38,909 nt of DNA from an uncultured Methanosarcinales archaeon (GTDB lineage: Archaea; Nanobdellota; Nanobdellia; Woesearchaeales; CAZJJJ01): NCBI GenBank assembly GCA_964616085.1, contig CAZTTX010000001.1, positions 1-38,909 of the forward strand, written 5' to 3'. Below the pieces are notes generated by a model that saw only the letters and a program-made list of their open reading frames with translations, did not search any database and was not told the DNA's origin. The position numbers and the translations under genes were made by a program. This document shows positions 8,231 to 16,449 of the stretch, in pieces (the stretch's first letter is position 1; the number at the start of each line of letters is the position of its first letter).

Positions 8231-10330
8231 TTAATCCCTTTTTCGTGTAAGGGCATAGTTAGCGAGATTTATTATGACCAGAGCCAGTACTATCATCACA
8301 TATACTGCCTCGGTGCTCTCAGATGCCATGGAAGACATCACAGATATGACCTCGCTAGCAGGTCCTCCATCTACAAGACGTGGGTCCAGACCTACGATGT
8401 ATAAGTCTGATATCGTATAGTCTCCAGTACCCTCGACTATATATGAGGTATTCCACGTGCTGTACTCATCGCCCGCCGGAGCGAAGGAAGCGTTCTGTGG
8501 AGTCCTCTCTGGAGGCACGTTCCATAGGTAAGCAGTACCATCGAACGATCCAGATACTACCTGCGACTCATCGAAGATAGGGTCTCCCCACTCAGTGACA
8601 TCGAAGTTCTCTGGTACGAAGTCATAGATGGTTACCGTGAGGTCCCTTGGTGTATAGCCAGGACCTATGTTCCAGACATTAAGGCTGATATTATACTCAT
8701 CTTCCCCAATGTTCGTCACATTCTTCTCAATCTCGAGCCAGTAACCGCTGATGACATATATGTACTTGGAGTAAAAGTCGTCACCGCTCTGGGTCTGGAA
8801 GAGGGTTATGATCTGGTCGTCCACATGAGCTATATGGTAATATGGTATAGTCCAGATGATTGGTGGTGGAGCATCAGGATGCGAACCATCAGTGTAGTTG
8901 AAGTACCATCTCTCACCCATTGACAGATACGAGTTCCATCTGTTTTCCACATCAACAAGAGTATCTGGGAAATACCTGTGCTTGAGATTGGTCATTGCGT
9001 TCGGATCCTCATTCTCACTGACCCAAAGGCTGACCTTCGTAAGATTGAACTGAATCTCATTAGAGGTAGCCACAGAAGGTTCAGTCTCCCATGTCACAAT
9101 CCTGTTCTCCTCCTCATCAGCAGGCCTATCAATCCTTTTTGTCATATTGAACCTGAGATCTCCTCTTGCAAGAATCTCTGTTATATCTACTCCTGTTAGG
9201 GTATTATTGGTCTCATACCTCAAGGTCTCTTCAAGGAATCTATAGGTGGAAGAGTTAGGCACTGTGGTAGGAGCACACACAGAGAAGTTTATGCCGAAGG
9301 TATCCCCATGCGCTACAAAACCATCATTCACAGTCCAAGTCCATGACCTGTTCGAGGAATTATCGACATTCTCATAATCTCCAGTAGGAGAGAGCCAATC
9401 GAATGTGAAATTGAATACCGAATCATTCCATGTTACTGAATCAAGATCCATCTGGATCTCGACATTATGCAAGTCGTGTCCTTGTGCAAAATCATTCGTA
9501 GCATTCTGTGATACATTGAAACACTCGTTAGCCAGGACCTTGGTCCTGTATTCGTGTATATAATCTGTGGTTATGTTCAGAGGAGGATCGACCTCGGATG
9601 TCGCGTTATATGTGAATACAGAGTACTCATCAGTACGGAGCTCAGGTATGCTCACTATGACATAATTGTCATTCGGAGCTTGGGTAATCTCAATCTCTCC
9701 TCCATCAATCTGTCCAGGATCGTTAGTTGTACTCTCACCACTCAGCCAGCCGAGGACTTGCCCAGAAGAAGGTGAGATTATAGGCTCATCATCATAAGAT
9801 ATGTCTGGACCATCGCCAAGCTCTCCATCCAAGAATGGGAAAGTTATAAGCTCATTCTCACCACTAAGATCCAATACAAGCCTATCAGATTCAGCCCATA
9901 TGAAATCAGTCCTATTATCACGATTCAGATTTAGGGGGTCAGGTAATGGTTGAGGTGTCCGGTTTATCGGCTCAGTGATAGTCTCGGTGATATTATCCTC
10001 AATTATGCCCACTGCTTGGGTACCATGCCTTCCATCATAGTGCAGGACATCAGTCTGGAGATTCCCCAAGTCCTCAATCCTGAGACGGAGATCGTATATG
10101 GTCTCATTGCTGGGATTAGTGACATTCAACCATCCCTGGATGAGCGCATCATAGACATTCTCCTCCAGATCGAAGAATTCCGCAAACGTGACATTCTGGT
10201 GTGCCATCTCTACCAGTGTCACATTCACATATGTCTGGTTAGTATCTGCCGATGCTGTAGACGCTAGCATAATCAATGATAGGAATGCAAAGAAAGAGAG
10301 CATAACTTTTCCGAAACTATCCTTTTTCAT
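8231..10330 (-). CDS. large sequon-rich surface protein, ~690-aa island family (divergent copy)
   Basis: ATG at 10330 (the track start at 10336 is GTG). Signal peptide ...LIMLASTASA. Many N-x-S/T sequons. CARDB-like YNISLNVWNIGPGYTPRDLTVTIYDFVPENF. C-terminus IVGLDPRLVDGGPASEV + TM + TRKRD. Confidence 0.8.
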   Translation of the reverse strand: MKKDSFGKVMLSFFAFLSLIMLASTASADTNQTYVNVTLVEMAHQNVTFAEFFDLEENVYDALIQGWLNVTNPSNETIYDLRLRIEDLGNLQTDVLHYDGRHGTQAVGIIEDNITETITEPINRTPQPLPDPLNLNRDNRTDFIWAESDRLVLDLSGENELITFPFLDGELGDGPDISYDDEPIISPSSGQVLGWLSGESTTNDPGQIDGGEIEITQAPNDNYVIVSIPELRTDEYSVFTYNATSEVDPPLNITTDYIHEYRTKVLANECFNVSQNATNDFAQGHDLHNVEIQMDLDSVTWNDSVFNFTFDWLSPTGDYENVDNSSNRSWTWTVNDGFVAHGDTFGINFSVCAPTTVPNSSTYRFLEETLRYETNNTLTGVDITEILARGDLRFNMTKRIDRPADEEENRIVTWETEPSVATSNEIQFNLTKVSLWVSENEDPNAMTNLKHRYFPDTLVDVENRWNSYLSMGERWYFNYTDGSHPDAPPPIIWTIPYYHIAHVDDQIITLFQTQSGDDFYSKYIYVISGYWLEIEKNVTNIGEDEYNISLNVWNIGPGYTPRDLTVTIYDFVPENFDVTEWGDPIFDESQVVSGSFDGTAYLWNVPPERTPQNASFAPAGDEYSTWNTSYIVEGTGDYTISDLYIVGLDPRLVDGGPASEVISVMSSMASESTEAVYVMIVLALVIINLANYALTRKRD

Positions 10331-10382
10331 ATTCACTTGAACTCCCTCGCATGAGTTTTGTTGTAATTTATGACCTCACAGA

Positions 10383-10394
10383 TATTTAAATCTT
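10383..10394 (-). promoter_or_regulatory. BRE/TATA core AAGATTTAAATA (minus strand) of the 701-aa gene unit
   Basis: The plus-strand 12-mer tatttaaatctt is identical to those at 16380-16391 and 24944-24955. It lies 53 nt upstream of the ATG at 10330. Confidence 0.55.
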
Positions 10395-10498
10395 TCTATT
10401 AGTATACGTTTATGTATACTCTGAGAGCAAAAAACTCCAAACTTTCAGAAAAAAAGCAAAGCAAAAATATTTAAACCGTCGTCTCGCTTTATAAAAGA

Positions 10499-11215
10499 AT
10501 GGGTGGCAAGGTCAGGTTACTGGCGGTTTTTGTTCTGGTACTGTTGATATCAGCAGTAGAATTAGCAGAAGCGGTATCCATATCACCCTCTGAGCTGACC
10601 ATACGCAATATCGATGAGAGACGTGACTATCAGTTCATAATGCTCTTGGAGAGCAGCAGGGAAGGTCTTGTAGATGTAGAGCTGAAGACTAGCCACGGCT
10701 CTACAGTAGCATCACCTGACAAGTTCATGCTCAACGAAGGAGAACAACGTAGTGTCAGGCTTCACCTAAACCCTAGAGAAGTAGATGATAATCTTGAGAG
10801 CATACGTGTACAGCCATACGTCAATGGAGTGCCCACAGAAGGAAGGCTCACTGTCCTCATAGAAGAGATCCCTGAAACAGTTGAAGATATTGAAGATGAA
10901 AGTGAAAGAATAACTCAAGACCCTGCTTTCTTCACACTCATAATATACGGTCTTGTCTTTGTTGTGGCAATCCTCATAATGCTGATATTCATGCCTGAGA
11001 TAAGGAAGAACATGCGATCAGCAAAGACAAAATCCATAGAGGTCACAGATAAGAGGTTCTATAAGAAGTCAAAAGACAGGATCAAAAAGCTTGGTAAACG
11101 TCTTGATGACTCTGACAAGAGAGTAAAGAATATAATAGAGAAGATAGAGAAGTTCCACGAGGGAGCACATTCATGGATACAAGAGAAAAGCGGTGGTAAA
11201 TATGGCCTCGAATGA
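10499..11215 (+). CDS. single-pass membrane protein with Ig-like ectodomain and K/E-rich cytoplasmic tail
   Basis: Signal peptide MGGKVRLLAVFVLVLLISAVELAEA, beta-rich ~120-aa ectodomain, TM FFTLIIYGLVFVVAILIMLIF, basic coiled tail. TATA atatttaaac at 10467-10476. Confidence 0.7.
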   Translation: MGGKVRLLAVFVLVLLISAVELAEAVSISPSELTIRNIDERRDYQFIMLLESSREGLVDVELKTSHGSTVASPDKFMLNEGEQRSVRLHLNPREVDDNLESIRVQPYVNGVPTEGRLTVLIEEIPETVEDIEDESERITQDPAFFTLIIYGLVFVVAILIMLIFMPEIRKNMRSAKTKSIEVTDKRFYKKSKDRIKKLGKRLDDSDKRVKNIIEKIEKFHEGAHSWIQEKSGGKYGLE

Positions 11216-11369
11216 TGACAAGGAAGATATCAAGAAAGGTATTGATGAGTTAGAGAAGAAGGTTTCAAAGATTGAAGATAATGTCCATCTCCTCACAAAG
11301 ATATTCGAAGAGATATTGAAAGAGTTTGAGAAGATAAAGAAAGATATAGCAAATGAGAACAAGAAATAA
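11202..11369 (+). CDS. small coiled-coil protein (55 aa), hypothetical
   Basis: ORF below the track cutoff: MASNDDKEDIKKGIDELEKKVSKIEDNVHLLTKIFEEILKEFEKIKKDIANENKK. Its ATG overlaps the last 14 nt of the upstream gene. Confidence 0.35.
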   Translation: MASNDDKEDIKKGIDELEKKVSKIEDNVHLLTKIFEEILKEFEKIKKDIANENKK

Positions 11370-11375
11370 AAAAAA
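11368..11375 (-). terminator. T8 tract directly after the stop of the 245-aa gene
   Basis: The plus-strand A8 run at 11368-11375 follows the minus-strand stop at 11376-11378. The palindrome ggccagactggcc (11379-11391) is adjacent. Confidence 0.45.
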
Positions 11376-12113
11376 TCAGGCCAGACTGGCCCTCTCGTTC
11401 TTCCTCGTGATTATCTTCAGCGTCAGGATGGCAGCCGACATCACTATGAGCAGAAGCCATAGCCAGTATCCATGGAATGGCAACATAGGTAACGGCAATG
11501 TCGAATACTCAACAACAATTCTCTGATCATCTGAATCGATTGTCTCCCGCGGGATATCTATAAATGCTGTATTCCCATCACGCTCAGTCACAAGTAGGTT
11601 AGAGTATGTCAGGCTTCTTCCGCTGGGGAAGCTCATGCTTAGCCCCATCCTCTCTATAGGTATCTCTGGCTCACCGAAACTCAGGTCAAGCTGTTTGAAA
11701 AGTACACCTTGAGGCCTGACTTGTGTCCTGAAATCTATCTCGACGCTAAGTCTTTCCCTCGGAGATATAGGACGCCATATCTCGTAATATACTACCTTGT
11801 TGCCATCTTCTAGAACGATGTCCTCTTCCGGTATGGCCCTCTGGCTGCCCCCTACAGATATCATGACATCTTCAGGCTCCAGAGTCCCAAAAAGGACAAA
11901 TTTAGCCCTCCCAGGAATGACTGATTCTGTGTACCTGTTCACAATCTCAAAACTCTGTGTCACTCTTGCAGTATCATCATCTCTCACAGAAATATCTACC
12001 ATGTAATTATCCAATGTCTGAATCATAAGGCTCTGCCCAGATGGACCCTGAGCCATGGCTGGCAACGCCAAGACAACCAACATTATGAATAAGATTAAAC
12101 CCCTCATTTTCAT
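11376..12113 (-). CDS. secreted membrane-anchored protein, ~245-aa island family (copy 2)
   Basis: Signal peptide MKMRGLILFIMLVVLALPAMAQG. C-terminus VEYSTLPLPMLPF + TM + RKNER. Separated by 1 nt from the upstream 685-aa gene. Confidence 0.75.
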   Translation of the reverse strand: MKMRGLILFIMLVVLALPAMAQGPSGQSLMIQTLDNYMVDISVRDDDTARVTQSFEIVNRYTESVIPGRAKFVLFGTLEPEDVMISVGGSQRAIPEEDIVLEDGNKVVYYEIWRPISPRERLSVEIDFRTQVRPQGVLFKQLDLSFGEPEIPIERMGLSMSFPSGRSLTYSNLLVTERDGNTAFIDIPRETIDSDDQRIVVEYSTLPLPMLPFHGYWLWLLLIVMSAAILTLKIITRKNERASLA

Positions 12114-12114
12114 T

Positions 12115-14163
12115 TCACCTCTTGAAATCCTTTGCTACAATTATGCTCAGTAACAGTAAGCTTACAGATAAAGCAATAGATGATAGCAATATAATTCTTT
12201 CTGAACTCTCGCTGATCAATGACATCCTTGATGCCACTGATTGTGCCGGACTGGCACCATCAAGCCGTATAGGATCGACACCTACAATATGGGCATTCTC
12301 GACACGGGCAAGAGAATGGTTACCTCTCATCTTATACCTCACAAGTATCTCGCTCTCGGAGCGATCAACATCATAAAATCCATCCCCATCAGACCCAGGT
12401 TCAAGAGCCCTGAAATCTATATGATACCCCCAAAACCCTTCAAATGGTCCTGAATCTATCAGCCCAGAATCAGCAGCTCCTATTACCATATCGCTCCCAA
12501 GAGGATCATAGAGACGTCTGTCTATATCCCCAGCACTATCTGAGACACGAATAATCCGTCTGTCAGCAGTGAGCTCACGTGAATCCTCTTCATCTTCATT
12601 AGCGAAGTGTAATGGATTGAACCCCTCAGGTAAGAGATCGAACATTGTCACAAGATCCGGTGTCCGCTCATCACCGATGTTCTCTATAGTGATATTGACA
12701 AGATACTTATGCGCTTCATCAGGAGTCTCAAGAGGAGTCAATGCTTTTGTGGCCTTGACGAGATAGCCGCCCAGGAGCACATATATCTCTTCTATGTATA
12801 GGTAATCATCAGAGGGACCTGACATAGTCTGGTTCAGGAGAGCCAGTTGATTCCCATCATCATATATGAAGAAATCGGCTGTCATCCACACTATGGGGAC
12901 ATATGAATAGTTGAAAGTCATCGAGAAGTCGTCTATATAGGAGCCTGAGCTCAGGTTCAGGCTGGTACGCCATGTTGCATTCGCTGTAGTTCCCTCCTCT
13001 TGACCGTATGCCGAAGCGAAGAGCACAGTATCACCAATCCAAGAGTCCTGATCACCAGGATTTGAGAACTCGCCTTGTTTTGTGGCCCATAGTGTCACCT
13101 GTCTAAGCTCGTAGTCGAGAGGTGCCTTCGCTATATTGGATACATTAGCAGTAGTGTTCCAGTACCCTGAGACATTAACTCTCTCTTTTGTAGTAGACAT
13201 GGTAGCATCAGTCGGCCTCACAGTCAAGTTGGAGAGCTCAATCCCAGAGAGTGAACCATTGGCTGCGAAACTGGCACTAAGGTTTCCCATGTTCATCCAG
13301 CCAGCCCACTGATCAGATTCAGACCAATTAATAGACACATTGACTGGAGCTGTACTATTGAATATTATGCCCCGTGTCTCACCTTGAGACAAGACCCCTC
13401 CAGAAGGTGTCCAGTTGATTACAGTGCGTCCATAGGAATCTGTGAAGATCTCAGCATTCGAGACATCATCACCTCTAAGCTCGTCATATGTGAAGAAGAC
13501 ATTGTCCTCATTCGGATTTGTAGAATTGTAAAGATGTGGCGTCTTGGATATGACTAAGTCATATATATCCACATTATCCTCAAACATGTTAGTCACATTG
13601 ACAGCCACTTCCAGAGAGCGTCCGGTCATCACACGCCAATCAGAATATACCTCTGTGAAATTCAAAGGTTCAGTATATGTGTCTGGTGTGGTGTTGAATC
13701 CGAGTATGAGCGAATCTCCTGCTCTCATCTCTGGTATGAAGAATATTGTCTCAGTAGCAGCCTGAGGATCTTCCATATCAACAGATGAATGATATATGAG
13801 ATAATCTGGCTTGTCAATCAACCACCAAGAGTTTATGTTCTCAGTATTATCCATTGTAAGATTGATTGATGAAAAAGTAGAGTTACCAATATCCTCAACA
13901 TTTGATATATTTAGGACGCCTTCTATAGAAGTATCATGAAGCTCTACTCCAGTCCTACTGGTACCGGTCCTGTTCTCTCCAAGATGACCTGGAGCCTCTA
14001 CAATCTGACCATCTACCTCTATAGTCTGATCATACGACAAGATCTGCGAGATATGCTCAGTAGAAGTGACTCGAACTGCTGGTGAAGATGCATATGTACA
14101 AGGCAGCCCAAAGACTAAGAAAAAGAAAAATACGACTACCAAAGTCTTTCCATACGAAAACAT
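12115..14163 (-). CDS. large sequon-rich surface protein, ~690-aa island family (copy B)
   Basis: ATG at 14163 (the track start at 14172 is GTG). Signal peptide. Clearly alignable along its full length to 14204-16285. YLVNITIENIGDERTPDLVTMFDLLPEGF. C-terminus IVGVDPIRLDGASPAQSV + TM + KDFKR. Confidence 0.8.
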   Translation of the reverse strand: MFSYGKTLVVVFFFFLVFGLPCTYASSPAVRVTSTEHISQILSYDQTIEVDGQIVEAPGHLGENRTGTSRTGVELHDTSIEGVLNISNVEDIGNSTFSSINLTMDNTENINSWWLIDKPDYLIYHSSVDMEDPQAATETIFFIPEMRAGDSLILGFNTTPDTYTEPLNFTEVYSDWRVMTGRSLEVAVNVTNMFEDNVDIYDLVISKTPHLYNSTNPNEDNVFFTYDELRGDDVSNAEIFTDSYGRTVINWTPSGGVLSQGETRGIIFNSTAPVNVSINWSESDQWAGWMNMGNLSASFAANGSLSGIELSNLTVRPTDATMSTTKERVNVSGYWNTTANVSNIAKAPLDYELRQVTLWATKQGEFSNPGDQDSWIGDTVLFASAYGQEEGTTANATWRTSLNLSSGSYIDDFSMTFNYSYVPIVWMTADFFIYDDGNQLALLNQTMSGPSDDYLYIEEIYVLLGGYLVKATKALTPLETPDEAHKYLVNITIENIGDERTPDLVTMFDLLPEGFNPLHFANEDEEDSRELTADRRIIRVSDSAGDIDRRLYDPLGSDMVIGAADSGLIDSGPFEGFWGYHIDFRALEPGSDGDGFYDVDRSESEILVRYKMRGNHSLARVENAHIVGVDPIRLDGASPAQSVASRMSLISESSERIILLSSIALSVSLLLLSIIVAKDFKR

Positions 14164-14203
14164 CTCACACACACTTGATAAATAAATATGAATAAAAAGA
14201 AAA

Positions 14204-16285
14204 TCATTGCTTTCTCTTACCGAGCATCACTCCAAGAGAGAGCAAGGTTATCGAGACCAGCAATGATGCTATGACGACCACATACTCCATCGTATCTGAG
14301 TCAAGACCAAGCCTGGACGCGACAGTCTGTGACGGACTGGCACCCTCAAGTCTGATTGGATCTACACCCACGATGTATGCGTTCTCTATCCTGACAAGCG
14401 AATGGTTACCTTCAATCTTGTAAGCAATACCTACTTCTTTGTCAGCATAGTCTGGATCGTACCTACCGCTTCCAGGAGACGTGGCATTGATTGCAGTGAA
14501 GTCTATGTTATAGCCCCAGAAGCCTTCATAAGGTCCAGACTCTATAGCACCAGTATCCTGAGCACCCATGACATAGTCTGAATCAAACAGCCTTCTGTAT
14601 TCACCTTGTGTATCAGTGACACGTAATACAGAGTCATCAGCCGTCATGTTCCTTCCGCCATGAAGCACCTCAGAACTGAAAGTCAAAGGCTCGAAGCCGT
14701 GAGGTATCATATCGAACATGGTCACAAGGTCTGGAGTCTGCTCAGTCCCTATGTTCTCTAATGTTATATTGATAGCGTACATGTTCGCTCTTGTCTCATG
14801 CTGCATAGGATTGACTTCCTTAGTAGCCCTTATCAGATATCCTCCGAGCAATACATAAATCTCCTCAATGAAGATGTATCCATCAGGTTCAGAGATGGAC
14901 TCGTTCAGCTTGAAGTACTGCCTTGGCGTATCAAGTATCTTATAGGATGGGTCAACCCACACGATTGGTACATATGAATAGTTGAAGAGCAAGCTATAAT
15001 TCGCTATGTTCGTGCTATGCTCCCATGGAAGATCAAGGTTCCATGTGGCATTAGCCATCTGCAACGTGTCGAATCTTCCGAAATCAGTAGCTGTCAAGTT
15101 GGTATCATGTACCCATGTATCCTGGTCGCCAGGATCAGCGAACTCACCCTGCTCTGTAGACCATAGCGTCACCTGATTAAGCTTGTACGCTACCGGAGCT
15201 GCAGCATCATGGCTGAGATTGAGGCTGGCATTCCAATACCAGGATTCATTGATTCTCTCCTTGGCTACGCCAGTCCTGACATCTGTAGGGACAGACACAA
15301 CCTCTTGAAGCCTTAGGCCGCTAACAGAACCGTTGAGCTTGAAGTCTGCAGTGATATTACCCATCTGCATCCACATGGCCCAATCATTTTCAAGAGACCA
15401 GTTCACGTCAGGACTGGTTAGGTTTTCAGGCGCAGTAGCATCGAATATAATTTGGCGAGTCTCGTTCTGGGACAATATGCCTCCCGAAGGATTCCAGGTA
15501 ATCTGTGAATACTCATCACCTTCACCATTGCTTATCATCTCTATGACAGCATTACCAGAATCCTCACCGCGGAGATCTGTGAAATTGAAGTAGCTCACCC
15601 CTCCATGCACATTGGAGTAAGGGAAAGGTCGCTTCGTAAGCACAATGTCATAGATGTCTATATCATCTACGAAGCTGTTAGTGGCATTTAACGTCACGTT
15701 GACACTCCTGCCAGTCATCACTCTCCAGAATGAGTATACCTCCGTGAAATTGAGAGGTTCACCCACACCAGTACCTTCAACAGTATAATTCATCAGCACA
15801 GTATCATTTGCACGGAGTTCTGGAATGAATATGGATACATTCGAGGGATTTCCTGGATTATCCATGTCCACACTCACATTTATAGTGCTTGCATCCAGAT
15901 AAGGCGGAGTGCTTACAAAGTTCATCTGGGTTATATTGAAAGTGTTATTGATAGTGGTATTAACAGAAACAAGCGTCTGGTTTCCGATGGTCTCGACATT
16001 CGTGATGTTGATTATACCGTATATCCTTGTATCATGCAACTCGATGCCAGTACGGCTCAAGCCAGTACGATTCTCTCCCGCAGTACCTCTGGCCTCAGTC
16101 AGGTCACCCGGCTCAGCACCGAGAGGGCCTTGTACTTGGTCATAAGCAGTAATCTGAGATACAAACTCAGAAATCGTTATGTCCAAGACATCTGTCTGAT
16201 CTATGTCCGCACTTACAGGAAACATGAATAACAACAAGAACAAGAATAATGAACCAACCAACGCTTTCTTACCATAACCAACCAT
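14204..16285 (-). CDS. large sequon-rich surface protein, ~690-aa island family (copy A)
   Basis: ATG start, signal peptide ...LLLFMFPVSA. About 31 N-x-S/T sequons by hand count. YAINITLENIGTEQTPDLVTMFDMIPHGF. C-terminus IVGVDPIRLEGASPSQTV + TM + KRKQ. Confidence 0.8.
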   Translation of the reverse strand: MVGYGKKALVGSLFLFLLLFMFPVSADIDQTDVLDITISEFVSQITAYDQVQGPLGAEPGDLTEARGTAGENRTGLSRTGIELHDTRIYGIINITNVETIGNQTLVSVNTTINNTFNITQMNFVSTPPYLDASTINVSVDMDNPGNPSNVSIFIPELRANDTVLMNYTVEGTGVGEPLNFTEVYSFWRVMTGRSVNVTLNATNSFVDDIDIYDIVLTKRPFPYSNVHGGVSYFNFTDLRGEDSGNAVIEMISNGEGDEYSQITWNPSGGILSQNETRQIIFDATAPENLTSPDVNWSLENDWAMWMQMGNITADFKLNGSVSGLRLQEVVSVPTDVRTGVAKERINESWYWNASLNLSHDAAAPVAYKLNQVTLWSTEQGEFADPGDQDTWVHDTNLTATDFGRFDTLQMANATWNLDLPWEHSTNIANYSLLFNYSYVPIVWVDPSYKILDTPRQYFKLNESISEPDGYIFIEEIYVLLGGYLIRATKEVNPMQHETRANMYAINITLENIGTEQTPDLVTMFDMIPHGFEPLTFSSEVLHGGRNMTADDSVLRVTDTQGEYRRLFDSDYVMGAQDTGAIESGPYEGFWGYNIDFTAINATSPGSGRYDPDYADKEVGIAYKIEGNHSLVRIENAYIVGVDPIRLEGASPSQTVASRLGLDSDTMEYVVVIASLLVSITLLSLGVMLGKRKQ

Positions 16286-16379
16286 TCACACAACCCCTTA
16301 TCTTTGGATAAATGATAATCAAAAAGAGCACCACACAGTGCCCCAACCCATTTCCACAAAGATATTCTGAGCAAACTAC

Positions 16380-16391
16380 TATTTAAATCTT
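16380..16391 (-). promoter_or_regulatory. BRE/TATA core AAGATTTAAATA (minus strand) of the 693/685/245-aa unit
   Basis: Same 12-mer as at 10383 and 24944. It lies 95 nt upstream of the ATG at 16285, in the only sizeable gap (164 nt) inside the island. Confidence 0.5.
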
Positions 16392-16449
16392 ACCATTTTT
16401 CAGGATTTCGGAAAACCCGAATAAAAGAATACTCTCAGAATTAACTGCA

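Noticed and set aside
16286-16449. Box C/D sRNA in the intra-island gap (gtgatgc ... ctga words on the minus strand)
   Set aside because: The box sequences are imperfect and the spacings do not fit the C-D'-C'-D architecture. A promoter plus 5' UTR explains the gap.
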